Shown: positions 10,501 through 18,446 of the stretch, in pieces
Layout of the letters: each line of letters starts with the position of its first letter
Numbering within the stretch: position 1 is the first letter of the stretch
NCBI GenBank assembly: GCA_963770895.1
Contig: CAVYRF010000001.1
Coordinates: 1,312,001 to 1,376,000 of the forward strand
DNA from: an uncultured Acidobacteriota bacterium
Lineage (GTDB): Bacteria; Acidobacteriota; Thermoanaerobaculia; Multivoradales; UBA5704
DNA: 64,000 nt
Reading direction: 5' to 3'
Program-made: the position numbers and the translations under genes
Notes under the pieces: generated by a model
What the model was told of the DNA's origin: nothing
Databases searched by the model: none
What the model saw: only the letters and a program-made list of their open reading frames with translations

Positions 10501-13154
10501 TGGTGGCGATCTGTGCCGAAACTTCCTTTGCCGCCGTGGCGGCGCTCTTCGGCGTCCTGCGCGCCGGCGCCGCCTATCTGCCGCTCGATCCCGCCCATCC
10601 GCCCGAGCGCCTGGCGCGCCTGCTGGCCGCCGCGGGCGCCGTGGCCGTCCTTGCCGACGATGCCGCCGCCCGGTTGCTGCCCCCGACAGCGCTGGTGCTG
10701 CGCCTGGATGAGGTGGCAGGAGAGATGGGAAGCCGTTTGCCGGTGCATGCGGACGCGGCGCCGCCGCGGATCGATGCCGACAACGTGGCGTACGTCTTTT
10801 TCACCTCGGGTTCGACCGGCACGCCGAAGGGCGTGGTGGTGTCGCATCGCGCGGTGAGCAATCGCCTGCGCTTCCAGGTCGCCCGCGACCTGGCGCCGGG
10901 CGCCCGCGTGTTGCAGCGCAGCCGCCTGGCGTTCGACATCTCGGTGATCGAAATCTTTGCGCCGCTGTGGGCGGGGGCGACGCTGGTGCTGGCGCCGGCG
11001 GCCGGCGCGCAGGACCCGGCCCTGCTGGCGCGCCTGCTGGTCGAACAGCAGGTGACCAACACCAACGTGCCCCCCGGCATGCTGCCGGCGCTGCTGGGCG
11101 AAGAGGCGCTGCGCGGCGGCGCGGCCTTGCGCCGCGTCACCACCGGCGGCGAAAGCGTGCCGGCCGACCTGCCGCGCCTCTTCGCCGCGGCCTTCGCCGG
11201 CATGCCGGCGCCGCCGCTGCTGCAATCGCGCTATGGACCGACGGAGGCCGCGGTGTCGGTCAGCGAATGGGACTGCCGCGTGCCGCACGGCGGCTCCACG
11301 GTCCCCCTGGGGCGCCCGATCGCCGGCAGCCGCCTGTACGTCGTCGACCGCGGCTTTGGCGCGGCGCCGCCGGGCGTCGCCGGCGAGCTGTGCATCGGCG
11401 GCGTCTGCCTGGCGCGCTGCTATCACGATCGGCCCGACCTGACCGCGGCGGCGTTCGTTCCCGACCCCTTTGCCGGCGCGCCCGGCGCGCTTGACGCAGC
11501 CGGTGTGCCCGGCCCGGCGGGCGGCAGGCTCTATCGCACCGGCGACCTGGCAAGGCGGCAGCCTGACGGCGCCCTCGTCTTTCTGGGCCGCATCGACTGG
11601 CAGGTCAAGGTGCGCGGCTTCCGCATCGAGACGGGTGAGATCCAGAGCGTGCTCGCCCGCCATCCGCAGGTGAGCCAGGCGGCGGTGGTGGCCCGCGCCG
11701 GCGGGCAGGCAGGTGCCGACGCGGCGCTGCACCTGGTCGCCTATGTCGTGCCCCACGCAACGCCGCCTGCCGGCACGGCGACGGCGGCGACCGACCTGGT
11801 GGCGGAGCTGCGCCGCCACGCCGCGGCCGAGCTGCCGGACTACATGGTGCCGGCCGCGTTCGTGGTGCTCGACCAGCTGCCGCTGACCGCCAACGGCAAG
11901 CTGGACCGCGCCGCCCTGCCGGCGCCCGACCTGGCGCGGCAGGCCGCCGCACGTCCTTACACCGCCCCGCGCACGCCGATCGAGCTGGGCCTGGCCGAGG
12001 TCTGGCAGGACCTGCTGGGCATCGATCGCGCCGACCGCGCCGGTCGCATCGGTGTTCAGGACAGCTTCTTCGAGCTGGGCGGGCATTCGCTGCTGGCGGC
12101 CCGGCTGATGGCGCGCATCCGCCAGCGCTTCGGCCGCGAGCTGCCGGTCGCCACCCTGTTCCGCGCCGACACCATCGAGCGCCTTGCGGCGCTGCTGGAA
12201 TCCGGCGCCGGCGCGCCCGTCCGCGCCGCCCTGGTGACGCTGACGCCGCCGGCGCAAAGCGCCGCGGGCCGGGCGGCGACGCTGCCCCTGTTCTGCGTCC
12301 ACCCGGCCGGTGGCAACGTCCTTTGCTACGCCGAGCTGGCGCGCGCCCTGGGGCCGTGCCAGGCGTTTTACGGTCTGCAGCTGCCGGACCCCAAGCTGCT
12401 GGGTACGGACCCCACCATCGAGACCATCGCCGCCGTTTATGTCGCGGAGCTGATCCAGGCGGCGCCGGCCGGCCCCTGCGCCCTGGCCGGCTGGTCGCTC
12501 GGCGGCGCCATCGCCTTCGAAATGGCGCGCCAGCTGCAGCTTGCCGGCCGCGTCGTGCACCTGCTGGCGCTGATCGATCCGTCCCCGGTCACCCGCTGTG
12601 ACGCCGCCTGCGCGGCGCCCGCGGCTCCCCTGGCGGAATCGCGCCTGGCTGCCGAGTTCGCCTACGATCTGGTGGCGCTGGCCGGCCACGGCGGAGAGCG
12701 CGATGTGCAGCACTTGGCGGTGGCGCAGGAGATCCAGGGCGGAATGCTCGGGGTGCGGGACCTGGCTGCCGCGGCGCAGGCCGCCGGCCTGCTTTCGGAG
12801 GATTTGACGGCAGACGATGTCGAGCGCCTTTTCGCGCTGTACCGCACCTGCCGCCAGGCCCTGCATCGCTACCGGCCGCAGCCCTATGGAGGACCGCTCA
12901 CTCTCCTGGTCGCCGCCGATCCGCTGGCCCTGCCGGCGCCGGGCGTGCCGCCGGCCCTGCCGGCCGCGCCGCCGCGCCAGGCCGGCAGGTTTGCCGGGGC
13001 GCATGCCGCCGCCGCCAGCTGGGTGGCGCTGGCCGCCGGCAAGGCCGAGATCGAGCTGCTGCCGGGCGACCACTATTCGATCGTGCGCGCGCCGGCGGTG
13101 GCGGCGCTGGCCAGCCGCCTGCGGCGGCGTCTGGCCGCGCCGCGCACGGCGTAG
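1596..13154 (+). CDS. Non-ribosomal peptide synthetase, T-C-A(Ser)-T-C-A-T-C-A-T-TE
   Basis: N-terminal carrier LGLDSL; three C domains (HHLVAD, HHVAGDG, HHIVADG); three A domains (YTSGSTG.PKG / FTSGSTG.PKG, YRTGD, GKLDR); three PCPs with GGHSL; TE motif GWSLGG. ATG at 1596 chosen over the upstream GTG. Confidence 0.95.
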   Translation: MSDGLSREDAATPSRPPSEVDCGVDARLTACVRGAVARVLGLDAARVPMERSLVALGLDSLAAAELAGAIEEELGVAVPLAGLLAGASLAELAAQVRQLSVPVAAGGDAAGVAPWEPAALGEAAGGGPLSYGQRAILALDRLAPGNAAYVIAGAAWLEGDLPAARLRWALSALVARHAALRVTFGELDGEGVQTVAPQGGAEWVEQDGQGWGAERRQEWLALQAHRSFDLARGPLLRLALLRLGAGPPLAVLAVHHLVADFQSLAVMLAELGALVHGRELPAPPGLGYADFVRREAAWVAGAAGNLQAAYWRELLARGAPALALPADRPRPALPTWRGGSCAVQLDAAAGRALEAAGRAAGATPFMTLLAVFQTLLHRLSGQDHVWVGTPAAGLRGADFAGVVGYFVNPLAVRGDLAGRPRFEQLLGRVREASVAAFAHQELPFALVAEQLAGPRDPSRPPIFQAMFVLYRERQGECGMGALALGREGAACTLGGLAVRPAALPRRAAQMDLTLQVAQVDGAPAAALQFNSDLIDAATARRWAEQLRALHAGAAADPSRRLDELPLLSPSERHQVSLEWNDTASGFEGWGGPGQLEGQRQGRGRQGRQPLGRDPGRRREAAESCLHELVEDQVRRTPDAIAVADAEGRCLSFGALNAGANQLARRLRRWGVGRESVVAICAERAAAAMVGLIAILKAGGAYLPLDPGYPAERLRFMLEDSGATVLLAQRRLAARLGEPLPAALRTLWLDDVGAAGAGGAAWRRGAARNLPAAATPDNLAYVIYTSGSTGRPKGTMNSHRGIVNRLLWMQQRYGLAGDDRVLQKTPWSFDVSVWELFWPLLTGARLVMALPGAHGDPAYLRRAIAAEAITTLHFVPAMLAAFVAALPAPSGGMAPGAPCPAAAGAATAAGSPDLATLRRVMASGEALPYELQQQHAWAIGAPLHNLYGPTEAAVDVTSWATEPDGARRLAVPPAVSVVPIGRPVANTWVRLLGAAGEEVPIGAAGELCIGGVQVCRGYLGRPGLTAERFVPDLVGMGRARGGRLYRTGDLARHLPDGAIDYLGRIDGQVKVRGFRVELGEIEAALRSHPAVGGAAVALRALSAATGAPEALVGYLTGDAGGERPDGEALRGFLAARLPHFMLPAAFVWLDRLPLSPAGKLDRRALPPPPAAGQADAATSAAAGGLSARLPATPAEELVASLFAELLALPAVGRDDDFFALGGHSLLATSLVSRLRQRRGVELPLRRIFETRTVAAVARLLDQAMDDAAAARAMNGTVTVPATDAPPSDLPTSGAAGGPAVDSTVAAPATDPATAGRPTGGAAALLAPPILPVPRDRPLPLSFAQQRLWFLDRLTPGSPLYNLPLALRLDGPLAPARLAAALSALVRRHEALRTVFALGDDGEPRQRVLVAAPVALPAVDLGGVAPARRDPLAAALVAQLALRPFDLAHGPLLRAWLLRLDSRRHVLMLALHHVAGDGWSLGLIVQELLHLYAAAGDGAAVAGEPLPDLPIQYADFAVWQRQWLRGAALDAQLAYWRGQLAGAPGQIELPADRPRPALHSGRGGARPFACDAACTAALRRLAQAAGGTLFMTLAAAFQLLLARFAGQLDVSVGVPIANRTRGETEGLVGMFVNTLVLRTRVAPEADFAALLASVRETMLAAYANQDLPFERLVAELQPERVRSQSPLFQVMLALQNPMALPPPAGGLSLGLFAAPSTGAKFDLTLALRESSAGLEGSLEYSRDLYDPATAERLAGCFGHLLHAAAGEAAPAAGKAANGAPPPPGLPVFALDLAGAAMRHQLLAEWGAGPVVRRPAGRLEHLVAEQVRRTPAAVAVVQGTEALSFGELDARAARLAARLRALGVGAEVPVGICAERSPALVVGLLAILKAGGAWLPLDPSYPAARLALMADDARIPVLLHDAAGARIAGLAPGAVRIDLAAAVAGRFAPGAGAPVPALAPAPADLDSAAYVIYTSGSTGKPKGVVISQRAICNHMLWMRRAMPMGLDDALLQRTPYSFDASVWEFLLPLITGARIALIEPAAHGDADRVLQAIADHQVTLVQMVPALLDVLLERPRLAARCATLRVLLCGGEPLTAELARRFGQRLGGPAGVTLWNMYGPTEATIEVTSWHWRPGDESERGVPIGRPLDNVTVAVLDATGRLAPPGAAGELVLGGPGVARGYLGQPERTAERFVPDPLGRHPGDRLYRTGDLVRFRPDGGVEFLGRADNQVKLRGFRIELGEIEAALRAQPGVEQAAVLVVAAPDRRLVACVAGPGSGGAPIDPLALRRGLRERLPEHMVPAAFAVLPALPLTVHGKLDRRALERVAAATTAATAAPPATPEAGAGDAPPALSPYEELVAGVWQQVLGGARPRPADHFFELGGHSLLATQLVSRLGATLDVDLPLARVFESPTLAGLAAAVAAAQGQPARAPIRRAPRWQGAAPLSHAQEGLWFLDRLEPGRGTYNMPVAYTVLGHLVPARFDAALSEIVRRHEILRTHFVEAGDQPQQRVLPPSRVRLPLLDLGGLPAARRAPEALRLAGVEARRPFDLARGPLLRGALLRGAGAGAGEHALVLNLHHIVADGWSVAVLVEEMDVLYRAARAGTPSPLPELPIQYGDVALWQRQWLDQPELDRQLAWWRQRLAAAPAAIELPTDRPRPAAQSYRGGGAQLLLDAPAAARLAACGRRHGATLFMTLLAGCAALLARWSRQDEVVVGTPIANRHHPETERLIGFFVNTLALRCDLTGDPSAAELLARVRATALAAYAHQDLPFDRLVADLRPQRLLGQNPVFQVMCALQNAPRAEVRLADLRLVPLALPAPTAKFDLALSWEERAGAGEGESAGAGGPHLLARLSYAADLFDAATMARLLGQLRHLLAGLVDHPDRRVGELPLLGAAERHQLLCEWNHSPWREGAAAGAADLVHSPFERRAAQQPDATAVVAGDRSLSYGQLATQARTVARRLRALGVGSESLVAICAETSFAAVAALFGVLRAGAAYLPLDPAHPPERLARLLAAAGAVAVLADDAAARLLPPTALVLRLDEVAGEMGSRLPVHADAAPPRIDADNVAYVFFTSGSTGTPKGVVVSHRAVSNRLRFQVARDLAPGARVLQRSRLAFDISVIEIFAPLWAGATLVLAPAAGAQDPALLARLLVEQQVTNTNVPPGMLPALLGEEALRGGAALRRVTTGGESVPADLPRLFAAAFAGMPAPPLLQSRYGPTEAAVSVSEWDCRVPHGGSTVPLGRPIAGSRLYVVDRGFGAAPPGVAGELCIGGVCLARCYHDRPDLTAAAFVPDPFAGAPGALDAAGVPGPAGGRLYRTGDLARRQPDGALVFLGRIDWQVKVRGFRIETGEIQSVLARHPQVSQAAVVARAGGQAGADAALHLVAYVVPHATPPAGTATAATDLVAELRRHAAAELPDYMVPAAFVVLDQLPLTANGKLDRAALPAPDLARQAAARPYTAPRTPIELGLAEVWQDLLGIDRADRAGRIGVQDSFFELGGHSLLAARLMARIRQRFGRELPVATLFRADTIERLAALLESGAGAPVRAALVTLTPPAQSAAGRAATLPLFCVHPAGGNVLCYAELARALGPCQAFYGLQLPDPKLLGTDPTIETIAAVYVAELIQAAPAGPCALAGWSLGGAIAFEMARQLQLAGRVVHLLALIDPSPVTRCDAACAAPAAPLAESRLAAEFAYDLVALAGHGGERDVQHLAVAQEIQGGMLGVRDLAAAAQAAGLLSEDLTADDVERLFALYRTCRQALHRYRPQPYGGPLTLLVAADPLALPAPGVPPALPAAPPRQAGRFAGAHAAAASWVALAAGKAEIELLPGDHYSIVRAPAVAALASRLRRRLAAPRTA
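5416..5570 (+). repeat. In-frame tandem duplication (81-bp period, two copies) in the NRPS T1-C2 linker
   Basis: gcactgtgaccgtcccagctaccga at 5416 vs gcactgtggccgccccggctaccga at 5497; peptides TVTVPATD.../TVAAPATD... Confidence 0.7.
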
Positions 13155-13222
13155 CCCAGCCGCCGACGGTCAGAACCGCCGGCGCCGCCCGCCACCACCG
13201 GCGCGGCACCGTCCGGTCCCGA

Positions 13223-13774
13223 TCAGTAGTCCTGCGGCGGCACGCCCATGTAGGCGCCGGCGGCGCGCAGGGCGTTCCACATGTTGTTGGGCTCGCGCTG
13301 GAAGGACTGCGTGAACAGCTGTTCGGCGCGGGCGCGGTCGCCCTTGAGCAGGTAGTAGGCGCCGATCTCGGCCTGCCAGTCCTCGTCGTCGGGCTTCAGC
13401 TGCAGCACCTTGTCGAAGGCGACGCGGGCCTTGTCCCACTCGCCGGCTTCGCGGTACGTCCGCCCGATGCGCATCCAGTCGCCGGCTTCCGCCTTCTTGC
13501 CGTTGGTGATCGAATCGAAGATGGCCTGGCCCGCCGCCTTCTGTTTGCCCAGGTAGTAGACGCGGCCGATGCCGATGTTCTCCCAGCTGCCCTTTTCGGC
13601 CAGCACCTTGGCGGCGTCGAGCAGCGACGCCGCGGCGTCCTGCGGCGTCTTGCCGGTATACAGCGCCGGCGTCACGGTGTCCTTCTTGGCCCAGGCCCCC
13701 GCCGCCAGGCCGAGCACGAACGTCGCGGCGAACGCGGCGGCCATCGCCACCGGAAAGCGCTTGCTTCCTGTCAT
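13223..13774 (-). CDS. Exported TPR-containing protein
   Basis: Signal peptide ending AGAWA; TPR-like helices (DWMRIGRTY..AGEWDKAR..FDKVLQLKP). Confidence 0.75.
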   Translation of the reverse strand: MTGSKRFPVAMAAAFAATFVLGLAAGAWAKKDTVTPALYTGKTPQDAAASLLDAAKVLAEKGSWENIGIGRVYYLGKQKAAGQAIFDSITNGKKAEAGDWMRIGRTYREAGEWDKARVAFDKVLQLKPDDEDWQAEIGAYYLLKGDRARAEQLFTQSFQREPNNMWNALRAAGAYMGVPPQDY

Positions 13775-13904
13775 CGTCGTCTCCTTGGATCGGGTAAAAA
13801 ACGACCGCAGTCTATAAGAGTGCTCCCGGCTTGCGTGCCGGCCTCCACGCCCGCCTGCTGCCGACAGCCGCCGCGGCGTGTGGCAGAATGCCGGCAGCTA
13901 GCCG

Positions 13905-15125
13905 ATGCCCTCGAAGCGCTCAGCCGCCGGCGGACCGCGCCGCTCCCGCCGCCTGCGCTGGGACGCCGCCAGCAACGCCCTGACCCGCGCCGCCGCTGAG
14001 CGCCGCGAGCGGCGCCTGCCGGTCTTCGACCTGACCCAGAGCAACCCGACGCGGGTCGGCCTGGACTACCCCGACGACCATCTGGCCGAGATCCTGCGCC
14101 GGGCCGCGCCGCCGGCCTACGATCCGCAGCCGCGCGGCCTGCCCGCCGCACGCGAAGCGCTGGCCGCCGCCCTGTCGCGGCCGGGCGACGCGGTGGACCC
14201 GGGCGACCTGGTGCTGACCGCCTCGACCAGCGAGGCGTACTCCCACCTGTTCAAGCTGTTCGCCGATCCGGGCGGCCAGGTGCTGACCGGCGCCCCCGCC
14301 TATCCGCTGCTGGACATGCTGACCGCGCTCGACTCGCTGTCGCTGCGCCACTTCCGCATGGAGCCGGGCCGCCGGCGTTTCGCCCTGGATCCGGGCGCGG
14401 TGGCGCGGGCCGTGTCGCCGCGTACCCGCCTGCTGGTCGTCGTCCATCCCGGCAATCCCACCGGCAGCTACCTGTCGGAAGCCGAGCATCGCGCGGTCGA
14501 TGCGCTCTGCGCGCGCCGCGGCCTGCCGCTGGTCTCGGACGAAGTCTTTCTGGACTATCCCCTGCACGCTGCGCCCGCCCCGCGCAGCCTTGCCGCGGCC
14601 GGCTGCCAGGCGGTCACCCTGGCGCTCGGTGGCTTGTCGAAGAGCGCCGTCCTGCCGTCCTGGAAGCTGGGCTGGATCCGCGTCGCCGGCCCCCCCCGCG
14701 CGCGGCGCCGCTGGCTCGCCGGCCTGGACCTGATCGCCGACAGCTACCTGTCCGTGTCGGCCCCGATCCAGCGCGCCCTGCCGGAGCTCCTGGCCCTCGC
14801 CCCGCGCCTGCGCGCCCCGCTGCAGCAGCGGTTGCGGGCCAATTTCGGCCGCCTGAACGCCGCCTTCGCCCAGCTGCCCGCGGTCGAAGTCCTCACCCCC
14901 GAAGGCGGCTGGTCCGCCGTGCTGCGCGTCCCCCGCGTCGCCAGCGACGACGAGCTGACCCTTGGCCTGCTGGCCCGCACCGGCGTCCTGGTCCACCCCG
15001 GCTATTTCTACGACTTTCCGGGCGACGGCTACCTGGTCGTCTCGCTGCTGCCCGAACCGACTCTCTTTGCGGACGGGGCGAGCCGGCTTGCGGCCCACCT
15101 GACCGAGCTGCTGCACCTGCCGTAG
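13905..15125 (+). CDS. PLP-dependent aminotransferase class I/II
   Basis: HPGNPTG, SDEVFLDY, GGLSKS..LP.WKLGW motifs. Confidence 0.85.
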   Translation: MPSKRSAAGGPRRSRRLRWDAASNALTRAAAERRERRLPVFDLTQSNPTRVGLDYPDDHLAEILRRAAPPAYDPQPRGLPAAREALAAALSRPGDAVDPGDLVLTASTSEAYSHLFKLFADPGGQVLTGAPAYPLLDMLTALDSLSLRHFRMEPGRRRFALDPGAVARAVSPRTRLLVVVHPGNPTGSYLSEAEHRAVDALCARRGLPLVSDEVFLDYPLHAAPAPRSLAAAGCQAVTLALGGLSKSAVLPSWKLGWIRVAGPPRARRRWLAGLDLIADSYLSVSAPIQRALPELLALAPRLRAPLQQRLRANFGRLNAAFAQLPAVEVLTPEGGWSAVLRVPRVASDDELTLGLLARTGVLVHPGYFYDFPGDGYLVVSLLPEPTLFADGASRLAAHLTELLHLP

Positions 15126-15270
15126 CTCCGCGCGCGGCACGGTCTGGGGGCGTTTGCCGCCGCGGCAGGCTCAGGGCCGTGCCGGACGCGGCAACGCCCG
15201 CGGCGCGCGTCCGGCGGCGCCGCGGGCGTCCCTGCGGCCGCGTGCGGCCGCGGTGCAAGGTGTGCCGCGC

Positions 15271-16446
15271 CTACGGGCCGAAGTGGCGCGGCGTGCAGGC
15301 GCTGTCGTAGCGCACGGCGTTGTTGCCCAACGTCAAGCTGCTGGACACCGTCCACGACTCCATCACCCACGCCTGGGCGACGGTGGAGTCGAACGGCGGG
15401 TCCGGTATGCCGGAGACGCTGTTGTTGAGGTCGAGGTAGTACCAGCCGGATGTGTAGGGCGTGGGCAGCGCCGAGCTGCCGACGACGACCTTCTGCGCCA
15501 CGGCGGGGAAGGGCTTGGTGGACAGCAGGCTGTAGGCGCCGGCGTCGGAGATGGCGTAGGCGGACTCCTGGCCGAGGGGATACCACGTCGGCAGGGTGCC
15601 GCAGGTAAAGGACCCCTGCGCCACCTTGGAGTCGCGCCAGACGATCAGCGAAGTGCCGGCCGGCACGAAGCGGGCGGCGAAGATGGTGGCCAGCGGCTCG
15701 CGGTTGTCGACCGCCGTCCAAGCGTCGTACTCACCGTAGAAGGTGTACTTGCCGGAGGTGGAGGTGCTGGCGTTGGTGCTGTCGGCGACGATGTGGACCA
15801 GCGGGTGGTTCTCCGACAGGTTGGTCGAGGTGGTGACGTATTGGAAGTCGCCGAACAGCGAATTCTGATTCGCGAAGATCGCCGAGCCGCCGGCAGCGAA
15901 TACGCCGGGGTCGGTCTGGATCTCCAGCGTGCAGGAGTTCACCGTGTCGAACGTGACGTAGCCGCGGGCCACGGTGTCGCCCAGGTAGCGGCCGCCGCAC
16001 TTGCCGCTCCACAGCGGGCTGGCCTGGCCGAACAGCGCCAGCTGGTAGTTGTCGATCTGCGTGCCGGTGAGGTTGGCCGGCGGCAGAAATCCCGTGCACG
16101 AGCTATACGACGCGGGGGCGCTGGTCGACGGCAGCACGCCGCGCTCCAGGATGTCGCGCATGTTGAAATGGATGTCCTGATAGGGGTTCAAATAGAAATC
16201 GAAGCTGAACACCGGCACCCCCAGGTCGGTCCACACCACCGCTTCGACCAGGGCGCCCGAGCCGAAGGCGTTGCCGACGGTGACCTGGGTGGTCCTGCCG
16301 GTGCTGGTGCTCAGGTCGACCTCGAAGTAGGGCAGCAGCAGCGTTGCCGCCGGGGTTTCCTGGATGGCGCAGGCGTCGAGCGCCGAGCCGGTACGGCAGA
16401 CGATGGCAAACGCGAACGTCGCCAGAGCGATCGCTTTACGATTCAT
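15271..16446 (-). CDS. Secreted Cys-containing hypothetical protein ('PAATLLLPYFEVD' type)
   Basis: AGGAGG RBS before the ATG at 16446; signal peptide; beta-rich sequence with several Cys; strong coding codon bias. Confidence 0.75.
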   Translation of the reverse strand: MNRKAIALATFAFAIVCRTGSALDACAIQETPAATLLLPYFEVDLSTSTGRTTQVTVGNAFGSGALVEAVVWTDLGVPVFSFDFYLNPYQDIHFNMRDILERGVLPSTSAPASYSSCTGFLPPANLTGTQIDNYQLALFGQASPLWSGKCGGRYLGDTVARGYVTFDTVNSCTLEIQTDPGVFAAGGSAIFANQNSLFGDFQYVTTSTNLSENHPLVHIVADSTNASTSTSGKYTFYGEYDAWTAVDNREPLATIFAARFVPAGTSLIVWRDSKVAQGSFTCGTLPTWYPLGQESAYAISDAGAYSLLSTKPFPAVAQKVVVGSSALPTPYTSGWYYLDLNNSVSGIPDPPFDSTVAQAWVMESWTVSSSLTLGNNAVRYDSACTPRHFGP

Positions 16447-16611
16447 GAGTCGCCTCCTCCTTGGTAATCGGCGGCGCCGATGGCGCCGCCGCCTGAAACC
16501 TTGCGAACCGGCAGGGAGGCAGGCCGCGACGTGGCTGCCGCTCAACCGCTCCCGATCCGGAGATGCGGAGATAGGCGGCCGGCGGGGACAGGATGTTACG
16601 GCGGAGGAAGG

Positions 16612-16654
16612 AAAAGGGGGGCCGGCGGCGCGACCGGCCTGCCGACCGGCCCCC
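16612..16654 (-). terminator. Probable Rho-independent terminator
   Basis: Minus strand GGGGCCGG...CCGGCCCC hairpin followed by TTTT, just downstream of the gene ending at 16667. Confidence 0.55.
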
Positions 16655-16666
16655 AAGGTTGTAAGG

Positions 16667-18301
16667 TTACAACCTCTTGCTGGCGGCAGCGGTACCGGCC
16701 GGCGCCGCGACCGCCTTGGCCAGGGCGGCGCGGATGTCCTGCCAGGGCGTCAGGCCGTAATGCATGCCGAACACCGTGCGCACCGCCAGGTGCTCGCGCT
16801 CGACCGCGGCGACCGCTTCGGCCAGGTATTCGGGAGTGAACCAGGCGGCGTCGCCGGCGGGCGCGAACAGGTCGCTGGTGTACAGCAGCTGCGTCGCCGG
16901 GAAGTAGACGATCATCTGCCGCTCGCCGGTCTGGCTGCGATAGGGATAGAGCACCACCCGGTTGGCGCCGTCGCCCACCGCGGTCGCCGCGGCGACCAGG
17001 CGCAGGTCGGCGGCGCGCGGATGGCGCGCCAGCTCGTCCGGGCGCGCGGTGTGCGACGCCGCGGACAGCCGCTGCAGGATCGGCCGGTCCAGGTCGAGCG
17101 CGTACACCGGGATGCCGTGCGCCACGTATTCGCGCAGGCCGCCGATGTGCGGCCACGAATCGGACGTGGTGATCACTCCCTTGACCGGCAGCGCCGGGAA
17201 ACGGCGCGCCGCCTCCGCCAGCACCTTGACCGAATAGCCGGACGAAATAGGCCCCTCCAGGACCAGCACGCCGTCGCTCTGGGCGATCAGCGTCACGTTC
17301 CACGAGCCCGGAATGTGCACCACGCCGGGCGCCAGGTCGGTGGCGGGCTGCTGCGGCGAGCCCAGCGGGATCTCGTCGATGGTGTGCCGGCCCTTGATCG
17401 ATGCGTCGCGCACCTCGGCCGGGACGGCAAACTCCGCCGGCTTGAGCCGTGGATTGAGCACCACCGAGGTGATCGTGAGGCTCGAGTCGGGGAGTCCGTT
17501 GCGCTCGACCGTCCACTGCCGCGGGTAGCGCAGGCCGCCGGGCTCCAGGCTCCAGGTGGACCACACGGTGCGGGTGGTGATGTCGCCCCAGACGTTCCAG
17601 AACACGTCGTAGGGGCGGGGCCGCCGCAGCTCGATGGCGGTGGGTAGCGCGGTGTAGCCGTTGAGGAACACGCGCACCGGGGCGCCGGACCAGGTCCAGG
17701 CGACGACGTGATGGGTGAAGCCGTGCAGGTTGCTATCTGCCGCCACGGTCAGGTCGGGCGCCGCCAGCGCGGTGAGCAGCAACCGCTCGGGGCCGAGCGC
17801 CAGGTCCTCTTCCGCGTCCTGCACCGTCGCGCTGCTGTAGCGCACGAACTTGCCGTCCTGCTCGAGCGCCGAGGCGCCGCCGGTGACCACGAAGGTCGTC
17901 GGCGTCCAGCTGGTCGATTGCAGCCACCAGTCGGGCGACGAATAGCCGCGGTCGGCGGAGGTGACGCGCAGCTGCCCGCCGGCCAGGTCGCGGATCTCGT
18001 GCAGCTGGTAGTAGTCCTGGAACCACGGCCCTTCGGGGCGCTCCGACTGCTCCAGCATGTTGCGGTTGCCGACCGCCTCGATCTCCACGGCGTCGACCGA
18101 GCGCAGCACCGTCTCGCCGCCCATCGCCTTGACCGACTTGCGCACCAGGTCCAGCGCGCGCTGGTGGTCGGCCGCCGTCGCGCCCGGCGCCTGGGCGCCT
18201 GCCGGGGCGGCCCCTGTCGCGACCATCGCCAGCGCCGCCACCATCACCGCCATCGCCGCGCCGGTCCCTCGTCGCCGTGCCGGCTGATCCATGCTCATCA
18301 T
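16667..18301 (-). CDS. Exported protein with degenerate metallo-beta-lactamase-like C-terminal domain
   Basis: Signal peptide; GGAG RBS; 'VITTSDSWPHIGG' sits where the MBL HxHxDH motif would be; LLYTSDLF and FGMH motifs. Confidence 0.7.
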   Translation of the reverse strand: MMSMDQPARRRGTGAAMAVMVAALAMVATGAAPAGAQAPGATAADHQRALDLVRKSVKAMGGETVLRSVDAVEIEAVGNRNMLEQSERPEGPWFQDYYQLHEIRDLAGGQLRVTSADRGYSSPDWWLQSTSWTPTTFVVTGGASALEQDGKFVRYSSATVQDAEEDLALGPERLLLTALAAPDLTVAADSNLHGFTHHVVAWTWSGAPVRVFLNGYTALPTAIELRRPRPYDVFWNVWGDITTRTVWSTWSLEPGGLRYPRQWTVERNGLPDSSLTITSVVLNPRLKPAEFAVPAEVRDASIKGRHTIDEIPLGSPQQPATDLAPGVVHIPGSWNVTLIAQSDGVLVLEGPISSGYSVKVLAEAARRFPALPVKGVITTSDSWPHIGGLREYVAHGIPVYALDLDRPILQRLSAASHTARPDELARHPRAADLRLVAAATAVGDGANRVVLYPYRSQTGERQMIVYFPATQLLYTSDLFAPAGDAAWFTPEYLAEAVAAVEREHLAVRTVFGMHYGLTPWQDIRAALAKAVAAPAGTAAASKRL

Positions 18302-18446
18302 GTCGTCTCCTTCTGCCAGGTCGGCCGCGGGTGGCGGCCTGGGGCAGAGGAACGCAGCGCGGCGGCGAAAGTTGCGTTGCCGGCGGCGACCGGGCGGCTG
18401 CGCGGCGGATGAAACATTGCCGCGCAGCGCGGCGTAGGATCGAGGC

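Noticed and set aside
1371-13073. Very long antisense ORFs (1562, 1232 and 1067 aa) opposite the NRPS
   Set aside because: Shadow frames of a high-GC gene; Arg/Gln/Ala-rich with no domain motifs.
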